From Octopus sinensis (Eukaryota), in assembly GCF_006345805.1 (NCBI RefSeq), contig NC_043001.1, positions 3,906,001 to 3,970,000 on the forward strand: DNA of 64,000 nucleotides, given 5' to 3'. The position numbers were made by a program, and so were the translations under genes. This document shows, piece by piece, positions 53,111 to 64,000 of this stretch. Within the stretch, counting starts at the first letter, position 1, and each line of letters begins with the position of its first letter. Below the pieces are notes generated by a model. The model was given only the letters and a program-made list of their open reading frames with translations. It did not search any database and had not been told where the DNA came from.

Positions 53111-53143
53111 AAGATAGATATATAGATATATATATATATATAT

Positions 53144-53239
<96 letters not shown>

Positions 53240-53270
53240 AGAGATATATAGATAAATTGATAGATAGGGA
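52790..53270. repeat. (GATA)n microsatellite
   Basis: Seen directly. Confidence 0.95.
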
Positions 53271-54127
53271 AATAAAGATAAATGGAAACCGACATAGATA
53301 TGAATACTTATATACCTTCAGAATTATACAGCTATATAACATGTTTGTGTCTATATTTCTCTTTCTATATTTCTCTTTTAAGCAATCTATCTTTTTTATT
53401 CATCCATGCATCAAGCTATGAATATGTATGCACGTGTGCGTGTGCATGCATTTACATATCTAAATGCGTGTGAGTGTGCGTCTGCCTGTATGGCTGTCTG
53501 TCTGTCTGAATGTTTGCATATACGCACGCAGCTATGTGTTATCACTTCAGGAATACCATGGTTTATGTTTTCTGCTATATTCACAAACAATCAAACACAC
53601 AATAGGAATCGTCATATAACGCATCTTTATATATTTACATCACCCACCCATCTATTTATGTGATTGAAGCTCTCATAAAATCAAATCTCATTATCACTCA
53701 GAAGAACGTTCTAGAAAATATATCCTCGTGCACTCGCAATAAATTTTTATGAAATAGAATCATTATGTTACCTGGAAATTATTATTGCCATCTAACATTT
53801 ATTACCACTTAGTTCACACTAAATATTATGCTAAAGGATAAAACAGGTTTAAGTCGAACATACCTGAAAATGTATATATATATATATATATATATATACG
53901 TTAAGCACAAACACACATACATACACACACACACATATATATACACATATACACACACACTTATATATAGACATATATGTTGTACATGCAATATATATAT
54001 ATATGTGTGTGTATTGCATGTATAACATATATGTCTATATATAAGTGTGCGTGTATATATATATATACACACATACTGTATGTATACATATTTATACATA
54101 TATGTACATAATAGTATTTATAGGTAT

Positions 54128-54170
<43 letters not shown>

Positions 54171-54478
54171 CGAAAATGCTTATATATCTATCAATGTATC
54201 TGTAGACACACCTTCCTACGCAATGTATCTCCAGCAATAAATAAACCTATATATATGTATATATGTGTGTGCGTGTGTATGTGTGTATATGTGCGTGTGC
54301 ATGTCTTTGTGTGTGTGAGCACAGCTTTCTCTGCATGTGTGCAAACACAAAAATCCATACTTATACACATACATATAAATACATACATATGCTTATACAT
54401 GCATCCACATATACGAATTTTAATGTATATGTATTATTATTTTCATTATTATTATTATTATTATTATTGTTTTTGTTG

Positions 54479-54516
<38 letters not shown>

Positions 54517-54961
54517 TAAATAAAAACAGTTTGCTTTGGTCCTACCCAACTTAAAGTCTCGTGGATTCTGCACAGGAACGCAGCTCGTCAGGCTCGTGAC
54601 CTAAGCTACATTAGCTGGGTTCCTCTGCTTCGAGGAGGGAGGGAGAGAGAGAGAAAGAGAGAAAGGGAGAAAGAAAGAGATATAAATACAGAGAGAGAAA
54701 GAGAGAGAAAGTGAGTGATAAATTATTATTAGAAATATAGAAAACATTAAATTGAAAACGCCCAACGAATATATTAGACTTCATTACAATTTCATTATAG
54801 TTTAAATTATTACCATACTCTTCATCGGTTTCATATCAGGCTTTCAAAAGTGTAAAATATATGTAACTGTATCTTAGATTACGTCCTAGGTAAGCGTTCT
54901 GATAAAACCTGTTGTAAATTATAGAATATAGCTGACTATTGACATTAGTATTTGCAAACTC

Positions 54962-55079
54962 CTCCTGGGGCTACAAGCTGCAGTAGCATCCACCCTTAAG
55001 GGTTAGTCACCTTTGAGGGACAAATATACTTCACGATGTCGTGCAGCTACTGTTTATACCTCGGTCAGTAATTTATTAT
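54962..55079 (+). repeat. ~118 bp direct repeat, left copy
   Basis: Matches 57078-57196 (tagcatccaccctt.agggttag...gacaaatatacttcacgatgtc.tgcagctactgtttatacctcg). Confidence 0.9.
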
Positions 55080-55355
55080 TGCTTGTTTAAACTTTTTCGA
55101 TATCAGTGACTTTTCGTCACTGGAAAAAGATATATATTTGCAAGGGGGACCCACTTTTCATCGGCAATCGCTGATTGTTACTAATAGGTGTTGGTGGTGA
55201 TTTCTTCGATGTGAGTTGGAATCATTACACACTGATGTTGTGTGTTTGTTGTAGGTTTCCCCGCGCAGGTGAACCAGGATTCGTTGGATTGTGTAAATTC
55301 TTGAATTTCAGTCGCTGTTTCGTTTGCACCTGTATAATCCCCGTCTGCGGGAGAG

Positions 55356-56701
55356 GTGAGGAAGGGAGGAGAGATGGACAATGGACAAAGTTGCGCACCG
55401 GAAGCGATAAAAGGAATGAGTGCTAGAACCCTGGAGGTGGAGGAGGTGAAAATTGATGCGGGAAGGAGGAGGAAAGGGAGAAAATTTGTAAAAAAGAAGG
55501 GAGTTAGTCTAGGGCTGATTCCCGCAGAAGAACGGATGAAAAGCATAGCGAAGAGAACGGTAGTATACAGAATGTTGTCTCTGTCCTCGAACAAGATAGA
55601 GTTCACTCCAACAGAAAAAATAGAGGAATGTCTCGAAAATGTTTAAAAAATTGACCACATTCTATGCACGTGGAAAAAAGTATGGCTCAGTGGAAGTAAA
55701 GTTGGCAACGAAGAAGATGCCATAAACCACTCCACGGACCCGTTACGGACAACGACATGGATACTACTTCCGACGTACTGAGGAAAACGAGTTGCCAGTG
55801 TCAGAGATGGAAGAGTACCCCTCGAAATCGATGAAGAATGGCTGGTAGCTGCCATAATGCACGATATGAAAGATGGGGTAGAGATCTTCAAGATAACGAG
55901 GACCCCAAAGGCCAATTGGTAGGGATATAGCCTTGAAGTGACCATGCATGTATCTTTGGAAGTTTTGCATGTTATAACGGAGGAAGTAGTATTTCCGGAA
56001 GACGCTGGACTTCGAAAGCAGTAGAGGGAGGACCACCAACATGCTTCTTATGCGGCAGGGGAGGGCACATAAAGGCGGGATGTCCCGAGAAGGAAGGCGA
56101 GGAGGAGAGGAGAAGTGAAGAAAGTGATACCTGGGAGGTAGTAACAATAAAGGAGACACATAGAGTGGAGGAACCCTTCACAGTAGTAAACAGGAGGAAG
56201 AGAAAGGAACGGGTGAATTCTCCCTCAGACTGTAAAAAAAGACTAAAAGAGATTGTGACGAAAGAAAATAGAAATAGGTGTGAAGCACCAACAGAAGCAG
56301 TAGTGAAAGAAGGCTCACTGGAAAAAGCAGCATTACAACAGGGAGAAAGAGGAAGTGTTTATAAAATTGGTTGTGATGTTTCTGCACACCCGAACACATC
56401 AGGACGGGAGCCGAAGCAAGCAGAAGTGAAAAGGAAGAGATATAAGTGGCATTTGGTCAGGTATTCCAAAAGTAAAGAAATAGAGAAAACGATTGTAAAA
56501 TAGAAATCGGTAATAAGAGTAAAGCAGCCGCCAGGAGAATACCTGGAATGCACTAAAGGAATAGTCATAGATAAAGAGGGATTTTTGAAACTGAGAGAGA
56601 TGTATGGACTTTTCATAGAGACGCTGGGGGTTGAAGTCGAGTTTGACGAGCTCCTGCCGGTCGTGGAATTAGAAGATTTGAAACCCTTTATGAACATTTA
56701 A
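55356..56701 (+). pseudogene. gag/ORF1-like pseudogene with a CCHC zinc knuckle, followed by an A-rich tract
   Basis: 56042-56083 translates CFLCGRGGHIKAGC (C-X2-C-X4-H-X4-C), preceded by VEGGPPT as in L1/Tx1-type ORF1; followed by a charged low-complexity region; several stops and frameshifts; A-rich tract 56726-56813; no RT or endonuclease is visible. Confidence 0.75.
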
Positions 56702-57077
56702 ATGCAAGTAAAATTTGTATTCCATAAAAAAAAAGCACGAGGAAAATAGACTGTTAAAAAGTTTAAAGAAAAAAAAAAAAAAAAACGATAAAAAGGAAAA
56801 AAAAAAAGAAAATACAGTAAGAACGTTTAGTTGTAAAAAAGAAATCACGGTTTCGTCTCGGAGTGGGACCGAGAAAAGCGTCTCATATTCATTGTAATTT
56901 AATTCATTCTTTCATATGTTCTTTTGTTCCAGCATGTTTGCTTTGTATTCAGGACTTGTGCCTAAGATAAACTCGAGTCCGTGTGTATCATGTCAGATTG
57001 AAATGGGAAGGATGTCTTCCCTTTGCAAATACTAATAAGTCACAGAAAGTGTGTCAATAGCCACCTGCAGGAGGTGT

Positions 57078-57192
57078 CTTCCTAGAGCTACAAACTACAA
57101 TAGCATCCACCCTTGAGGGTTAGCCACATTTAAGTGACAAATATACTTCACGATGTCTTGCAGCTACTGTTTATACCTCGCTCAGAGATTTA

Positions 57193-57196
<4 letters not shown>
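57078..57196 (+). repeat. ~118 bp direct repeat, right copy, abutting (TA)n
   Basis: Matches 54962-55079. Confidence 0.9.
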
Positions 57197-57239
<43 letters not shown>

Positions 57240-57262
57240 TATATATATATATATATATATAT

Positions 57263-57490
57263 AAGCCTGCACCAGACCTCTGTGACTGATTTGGCAGGAT
57301 TTTTACAGTTGGGTATCTTTCCTAACATCAATCACCCAGCAGAGTGGACTTAGTGCTTTTTACATGGCACATGTACAGGTAAGGTCAGTTTTGGCAAGGT
57401 TTTTACAGCTGGATACCCTTACAGTGTAGACTGGATGCTTTTTAAGTGGCACCTGCACTGATAGGGTCACCAAGTAACTAGCAAGACAAA
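57263..57490 (-). mobile_element. Decayed RTE-related SINE/UTR fragment
   Basis: Two copies of the reverse complement of an aggaagggcatccagctgtaaaa-like motif typical of RTE-related repeats (~57290-57335 and ~57390-57420). Confidence 0.5.
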
Positions 57491-58405
57491 AATCTTTTGA
57501 GAGGGGAAGGGACATTGCAGGAGGTGATCAGATTATGAAAGTTTATAGCAAGACAGAGAGAGACAAAAACATGTGTCTTGCTGTAGAGGAGGTACAAGGT
57601 TACCTGGCTGGAGAGAGCTAGACAGACAGAGCATGAATGAGGACAGAAACATATACATACAAACATATATATATGCGCGCAAAAAACACACATATTACAC
57701 ACAGAAACATACACACATATATGTATGGACACATGCATAACTTACATACAGAAAATTATCGTTGCAAACAGAGACACAGACATGCAAATATATGTGCATA
57801 TGTAAATATAAATGAACGATTTTATTTAAATCCGTCTGCCTCGCCCAAAGCAAACCGTTTGATTGGATATATCATTTTCGAAGTCAGAAAATATGGATCT
57901 CTAAAATAAATAATCGTATTGGTTTGTTTATCGATAATGCGAAGCGTCTGATGTAGCGTAATGATTACGCAAGTATATATATGAAGATTGTTATTTAAAT
58001 GGTTCAATTATAGTCATAAATGGCAAACACGTTCAGTTGAAATAGGGAGTGAAATATGATAATGAGGTGGAGGTGGAATTTTTGTAAATTTCACAGTTTT
58101 AATCACGGTTTCTATGCCGTTTATTATATACCTTAGAGATGGTGCTGTAAATTGCTGTTCTTATATTAGTCTTGTGACTTTTTGTTTTAACCAGAAGAAG
58201 ATATCTCCATACGGTGTTCGTTTGATAAGCTTTTGCTCTTTTCAATAATTATCATTTTTTTTCTTTGTCTCATTTGCTTCCGCTTGGGAGTTGGGTTGTC
58301 CTCCTATTTCGTTACTACAATGACTGTAATATTCTCCCTTTATGCTAAGCTGGTAACGCTTTTTTCGCATAAGGATTCTAGTAGCGTATCGTTAAAGACT
58401 ATTAG

Positions 58406-58408
<3 letters not shown>

Positions 58409-58484
<76 letters not shown>

Positions 58485-58520
58485 GTATGTATATATATAT
58501 ATGTATTATATATATATATG

Positions 58521-58552
<32 letters not shown>

Positions 58553-58795
58553 ATATGTATATATATATATGTAATATATATATTGTATATATATATGTAT
58601 ATATATATGTATATATATATGTATATATATATATGTATATATATATATATGTATATTATGTAATATATATATATATATATATATATGTACATATATATTA
58701 TATATATGTATATGTATATATATATGTATGTATATGTATATATGTATATGTATATATATATATGTATATATATATAAGTATATATATATATATAG

Positions 58796-58828
<33 letters not shown>

Positions 58829-58852
58829 GTATATATATATATGTATACACAT
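58409..58852. repeat. Long degenerate (TA)n tract
   Basis: Seen directly. Similar tracts occur at 29250-29303, 31275-31390, 31765-31863, 32897-33178, 38148-38305, 60075-60240 and 60893-61133. Confidence 0.95.
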
Positions 58853-59843
58853 ATACTATTGTGTAGGTCGGGATGGCAATTTGTTTGCGAATTGTCGAAT
58901 AAACAACCGCACTATATATTGTTCCTTCACTCGTTTATTACCGTTCCTCTATTATTATTGTAACTCATGACCATTGTCCGGGCAATGGATATGAATCAAG
59001 ATAATAGAATAAGAACAAAAATAAACGAGTTTAAAAAGATATATATGTATACAGCATGTGTTTATTTGGCCAAAAATAAATGAACATCCCGAAATACGAC
59101 AATATCTGTTTAACACATGATTACACATCAGGAACCTTGCAAAACGGATTGATAAACGGATATATATAGTGTAATATATAAAATATATGCATACATACAT
59201 ACATATATGTACGTACCTACACCTACATATGTATATACATGCATATATAAATATATATACGTGAGTACAGGACACCACAAATAGACGTAGAACTCAACTA
59301 GAAACGATAACGTAAAAACAAACATGGAAACGGACCTTCTTTTAACAACGATAAAACAGAGTACAAGACAAACAACACAAGGAAAATTCCCCTTCATCAG
59401 CTGTCCCTAGTACGACTCCATGCGTGTTTCGAAGGTGAGGACAGAACACGACTCGTCGAACTAGCCCTTCCTACGAAAGAAATAAATAAATAAAATTCCT
59501 TTACAGAGGGGTAAAAACAAGGAAAGAAAAAATGTGACAAAAACAGGACGTAAAAACGATACAAATAAAATTACAAAATAAAATACAAAATAAAATACAA
59601 AATAAAAATAAAATTACAAAAAAAATACAGTACAAGAAATAAAAACAAACAAGAAAACAAACAATGAGGGCCTTTTTTTCGGCCCAGACGAGGAAAGATT
59701 CTTAAGAGCGATGGAAGAAAGCGTGTTCACTGTTAGGAGGCCGCAAGCGAAAGGAAGTGGTCGCCGGGCTGTGAGAGAGATGAGGAGTGAGAGAGAGAGA
59801 GAGAGAGGAAGACAAGCGGCTGTGAGAGAGATGAGGAGGAGTG

Positions 59844-59896
<53 letters not shown>

Positions 59897-60151
59897 GTAT
59901 GTGCGTGTGTGTGTGTGATTAATGGGAGGAGGAAATGGAAGATGTGCGACAACGCAAAAATAGACAAGCATTGAAAGCTATCGTGCTGCACCAGTAACCT
60001 ACCAGGTATAAACATTTCGTTCTGTAGTCTAATGATGATAATAATAAACAATAATAATAGTAATAATAATTTACATATATATATATGTATATATACTATA
60101 AATATATATATACACATATATATACATGCATGTATATATACATATATGTGC

Positions 60152-60186
<35 letters not shown>

Positions 60187-60192
60187 ATATCT

Positions 60193-60240
<48 letters not shown>

Positions 60241-60970
60241 CTTGAAGACACCTGTATTTTACGGCAGAACGACGTTGCGTGGAAACAATTGTACTGATTC
60301 AAATACAACTGTCCAAACGTACCACGTGTTGTTGACTCAAATTTCTTGAATTTTATATTCGCACTCGGCCACTCGAAGAATACCCTGTCATAAACCAGGA
60401 ATTATGTAATAATGCTTCCATATAATATTGACTAATTTTGAGGGTGGGCAAGCTTTATACTGTACTCTCCCAAGTTCCTAACAGATTATACCATAATTAT
60501 ATATATATATATGTATATGCATATCTACATACTTGAATATTTATATATCTACCGCTCTATATAGATGTGCCGGAATATATGTGTTATGCATTCATTTATA
60601 CATCAGTATTCCGATACATTTGTATTATATTCATTACGCATTCCTATATGCATCTACAACTGTCTAAAATAGAGGATAATGCATAAATGTATATGTCCTC
60701 GAGAATTATGACCTCCAACACACACACACTCACTCACACACGCACACACATATGCATACCCATATATGGATAACTATATTTACATATATATGCATGTATG
60801 TATATAATATACACAACACATATTAGGAAATTTCAATGTATGTGAGAACAAATCTCTCTCTATTTGTCTCTCTCTTACTCTCTCTCTCTCTCTATATATA
60901 TATAGTATATTATATAATATATATATATATATATATAGATATATATATATATATATATACACATACTTAC

Positions 60971-61013
<43 letters not shown>

Positions 61014-61033
61014 ATTACAATTATGTATATGTA

Positions 61034-61125
<92 letters not shown>

Positions 61126-61542
61126 TGTATATAAGTCAAAAAGAGGTAGTTATTAGATGAGTTTAGGATCAGTGCCTCCAAGGATATTAGATTTCAGAAC
61201 AGCCTGTCAAGAACTAATGATCGTATTCGATGCTTTGTGCAGGAATTCCTGAAACTACCAGACACTTAGACAAGTAATCATTATCTTCTTCATTGCCAAC
61301 AATAAATCGATAGCTTAAAATTCACAGACCTTTATAGGCCATTCAATGTTACGCTATTCTTAGTTGCCGTTTATTTGTATAGCATTCTGTCGTGTTATAT
61401 GATAACCTTTCGAAATATTGGATGGTTTGTACTTCTTGGTTTAACATTGATCGCACTGAGATTAACATAACTGTGTCTATGGGAAGCGCTCGTGGTGTAA
61501 TAATCGATCGTGGGCCTCCATATTTGCGTGTGTGTAAAGATG

Positions 61543-61927
61543 CCGAGCAGGTAGAAACGTTAGCATGCCAGGCGAAATGCGTAGCCGTATTTCGTCTGCC
61601 GTTAGGTTCTGAGTTCAAATTCCACCGACTTTGCCTTTCATCCTTTCCGGGTCGATTAAATAAGTACCACTTACGCCCTGGGGTCGATATAATCGACTTA
61701 ATCCTTTTGTCTCTCCTTGTTTGTTCTCTCTGTATTTAACCCCTTGTGGGTAGTAAAGAAATATGTATTTCATGCCTTTACATTTTCAGTTCAAATTCCG
61801 CCGAGGTCGACCTTGCCTTTCATCCTTTCGCGGTCGATGAATTAAGTACCAGTTACCTATTGTAGTCGATTAAACTGACTGAACACGCCCCATAAATTTT
61901 GGGCTTTGTGCCTAGAATAGAAAAGGC
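61543..61927 (+). mobile_element. Family A tRNA-SINE dimer (tail A followed by body + tail B)
   Basis: Head gagcaggtagaaacgttagcatgcc, B box gagttcaaattcc, tail A to gtagtaaagaaata (~61763); the body restarts at gtatttc and ends gggctttgtgcctagaatagaaaagg. Confidence 0.88.
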
Positions 61928-62086
61928 ATATGTGTGTGTGTATATATCAGCATGTGAGCACGTATGTCATTGTATATGTTTATGTGTGTGAATTAGCGTG
62001 TTGGCGATGTTTTCCCTTGTATTATTCCGTTAGAAGTTTCCTCAATGCATGCTTGTAGTTCATATATGTATATATATATATATATA

Positions 62087-62133
<47 letters not shown>

Positions 62134-62287
62134 AAAAGAAGTAGGGGCCAAAAACCTTAAAGGGATGCTAAACATGCAAGTCCGCTGTTATAAAGAGTAT
62201 ATAAAAAAACTATATATTCAGTATTGATATAAGTAATAAATAAATTATGAGTAAAGAAAAAGATATATAGTCATAGACGATCTTTTA

Positions 62288-63005
62288 ATGCAATGTTGGT
62301 ACAAATCGAATAAAGATTCTAGAAATTGTTTCCAAGCCAAATTAATTCGAAAATTAAACGATAAGAATTATCTTTTTCTGGTTTCTCGAGGTATGAATGA
62401 AAGGAAATTATTTGGTTTTTGTCTTCGTGATATCGCAGGTAATGTTAGCGAGATCAATGCCAAGTCTGCCAATGTTATGGGTTCTTCAAATAGCCAGAGT
62501 TATAGTTTGGATTCTAATATAAGTTTTGATAATAATGAGGGTGATAGGTTTTTGCTTAATAATGATTCAATTGTTGACGGATCAAGTAGGGGTAGAAATT
62601 CTCTTTGTGATTGTAGAAACAAAGAAATTGTTTATTTCGAAATTTATGTAAAACGTAGAGAAGTTGTTTATCAAGCTACAGTAATTTCTGAGGTTCATAA
62701 TTACTTTCATATTGGTTCTTTTGCTAATATATTAAGAATAGGTTTCGAATCATTACCATTCCTTTGGGAACAAAAATAGGGCTTCATCTACTAGTCTTAG
62801 TAATTTCATCTGCAGTCATAAAGATAATTGAAAACCCTTCTTTATTGAATGGAACATTTTAGGGATGGCCCCGGTTTATAAGATTGGGAATAAATTCTTT
62901 AATCTTTGTTGTGAGGAATTATTTTTGATTTTATTTTCTCGAAGCTGTTAAATTCTAAATCTGAAAGAGGTTTTTTCCTGTGTTCATAGGAATAAACGTG
63001 TTTAA
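62288..63005 (+). pseudogene. Penelope-clade GIY-YIG endonuclease remnant
   Basis: CDCRNK...VVYQATV...HIGS in the 163 aa ORF; then, across frameshifts, ASSTSLSNFI, IEWNILGMAPVY, NLCCEE, LNSKSE and CVHRNK, matching the PLE endonuclease C-terminus. Confidence 0.8.
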
Positions 63006-63519
63006 AATTTTTAAATAAGGAGGTATTTTATGGGTGTTTTGTTTTCTTTTATTTTGAATAACCGGTTATTGAGAGTCTGATAATCACTGTTTCACCCTTT
63101 GTATTTACTATTTTAGTAGGTTCCTTTTTCTTTTGATTTTTCTTTTTGGTTTTCTACATTGCCAATATGTTTTGTCTTGTGTATTTTTAGGGGAATTCCT
63201 TCCGGTCTTATTTTTTAGATTTGATATATTTTTCTAGTTTAGTAAAACAGTATAAGTATTCTTTAGATTATAGGTTCCAAATTTATTCCTTAATCCTATG
63301 ATTTGGATAATTTATAGCTTTGTAAATTGTGCGGCAATTTTATAAAATTTTGTGTAATGTTTTCTTCATAGAATTTAGGAAGTAGTCTCAAACTTTCTAT
63401 TTCACATCAGTAATTTAAACATTACCTGAAAGTTTCAAATATCATCATCATCATCATCGTGCTGTCACCCCCCCCCCCCCCAACAACAGCACCACCACTA
63501 CCACGAAACCTTATAATGT

Positions 63520-63720
63520 TAGGTTTCAAATTCAGCAAGCTCTGGAAGTGGGGTTCAGTCGATTACATCTCCCTGAGAATTCAACTTGTCCTTATTCTAT
63601 CGAACTTGCAATAACTGAAGGCAAATTACACATTGGTAGGAATGCGAACTCAGAACTTAAAGACGAACAAAAGGCCTCTAAACGTTTTGTCCCGACTGCT
63701 CACGGTTCTTCAAGTTCACC
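63520..63720 (-). mobile_element. Very decayed family A SINE
   Basis: agtcgattacatc, gaaggcaaa, gaactcagaac and cacggttct occur in family A order. Confidence 0.5.
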
Positions 63721-64000
63721 ACCATATTATGTTCACATAATAGTAGACATCTATTAAATGGAGCGAGTTCAGAGGTGGCCAGAAAAGTTTTCAACGAAAG
63801 ACGCGTGAAATGAATGTGCAATTTCTATTTTCTCAAGCGAAGCTGTAATCTACGAAAAGTGAGACACGTTGTATTGAAGCATTTGCTTGAGGTTAACATA
63901 CAGCAATTAAGTACGTAGCGCAGTTTAAATCTCCCCTGAACTAATTTTACTTCAAAGAGCAACCAGTACCTAAGAAGGGCCTATTTCAATGGCAATAATA

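Noticed and set aside
54955-55075. Twister-like ribozyme in the 118 bp direct repeat
   Set aside because: Only scattered short motifs match; the two pseudoknots could not be built.
62288-62779. 163 aa ORF as a host gene
   Set aside because: It continues through frameshifts into PLE endonuclease motifs, so it is a transposon remnant.

Overview
AT-rich eukaryotic (metazoan) DNA, intergenic or intronic. The dense (TA)n, (AAT)n and (GATA)n microsatellites and the SINE types suggest a coleoid cephalopod such as Octopus (inference). No intact host gene or convincing exon was found, and most ORFs in the track are microsatellite artefacts. The window is a mosaic of mobile elements: two 5'-truncated R4/Dong-type non-LTR retrotransposons plus a 3'-UTR remnant, several decayed Penelope-like elements (PLEs; RT and GIY-YIG), many tRNA-derived SINEs, a palindromic mariner derivative, a Tigger-like MITE, a Helitron fragment and a gag/ORF1-only CCHC element. 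Two non-coding systems stand out. (1) Three copies of a tRNA-headed element carry an internal (AAT)n tract and a minimal type I hammerhead ribozyme motif; each has an inverted extra arm and a 12-14 bp target-site duplication (PLE-type geometry), and in two copies the (AAT)n tract has been hit by a Dong element. (2) A ~3.5 kb tandem-plus-inverted array of a ~605 bp monomer sits in a (TA)n tract, with one hammerhead motif per monomer (retrozyme-like). All calls were made by eye; ribozyme activity and family assignments are untested.
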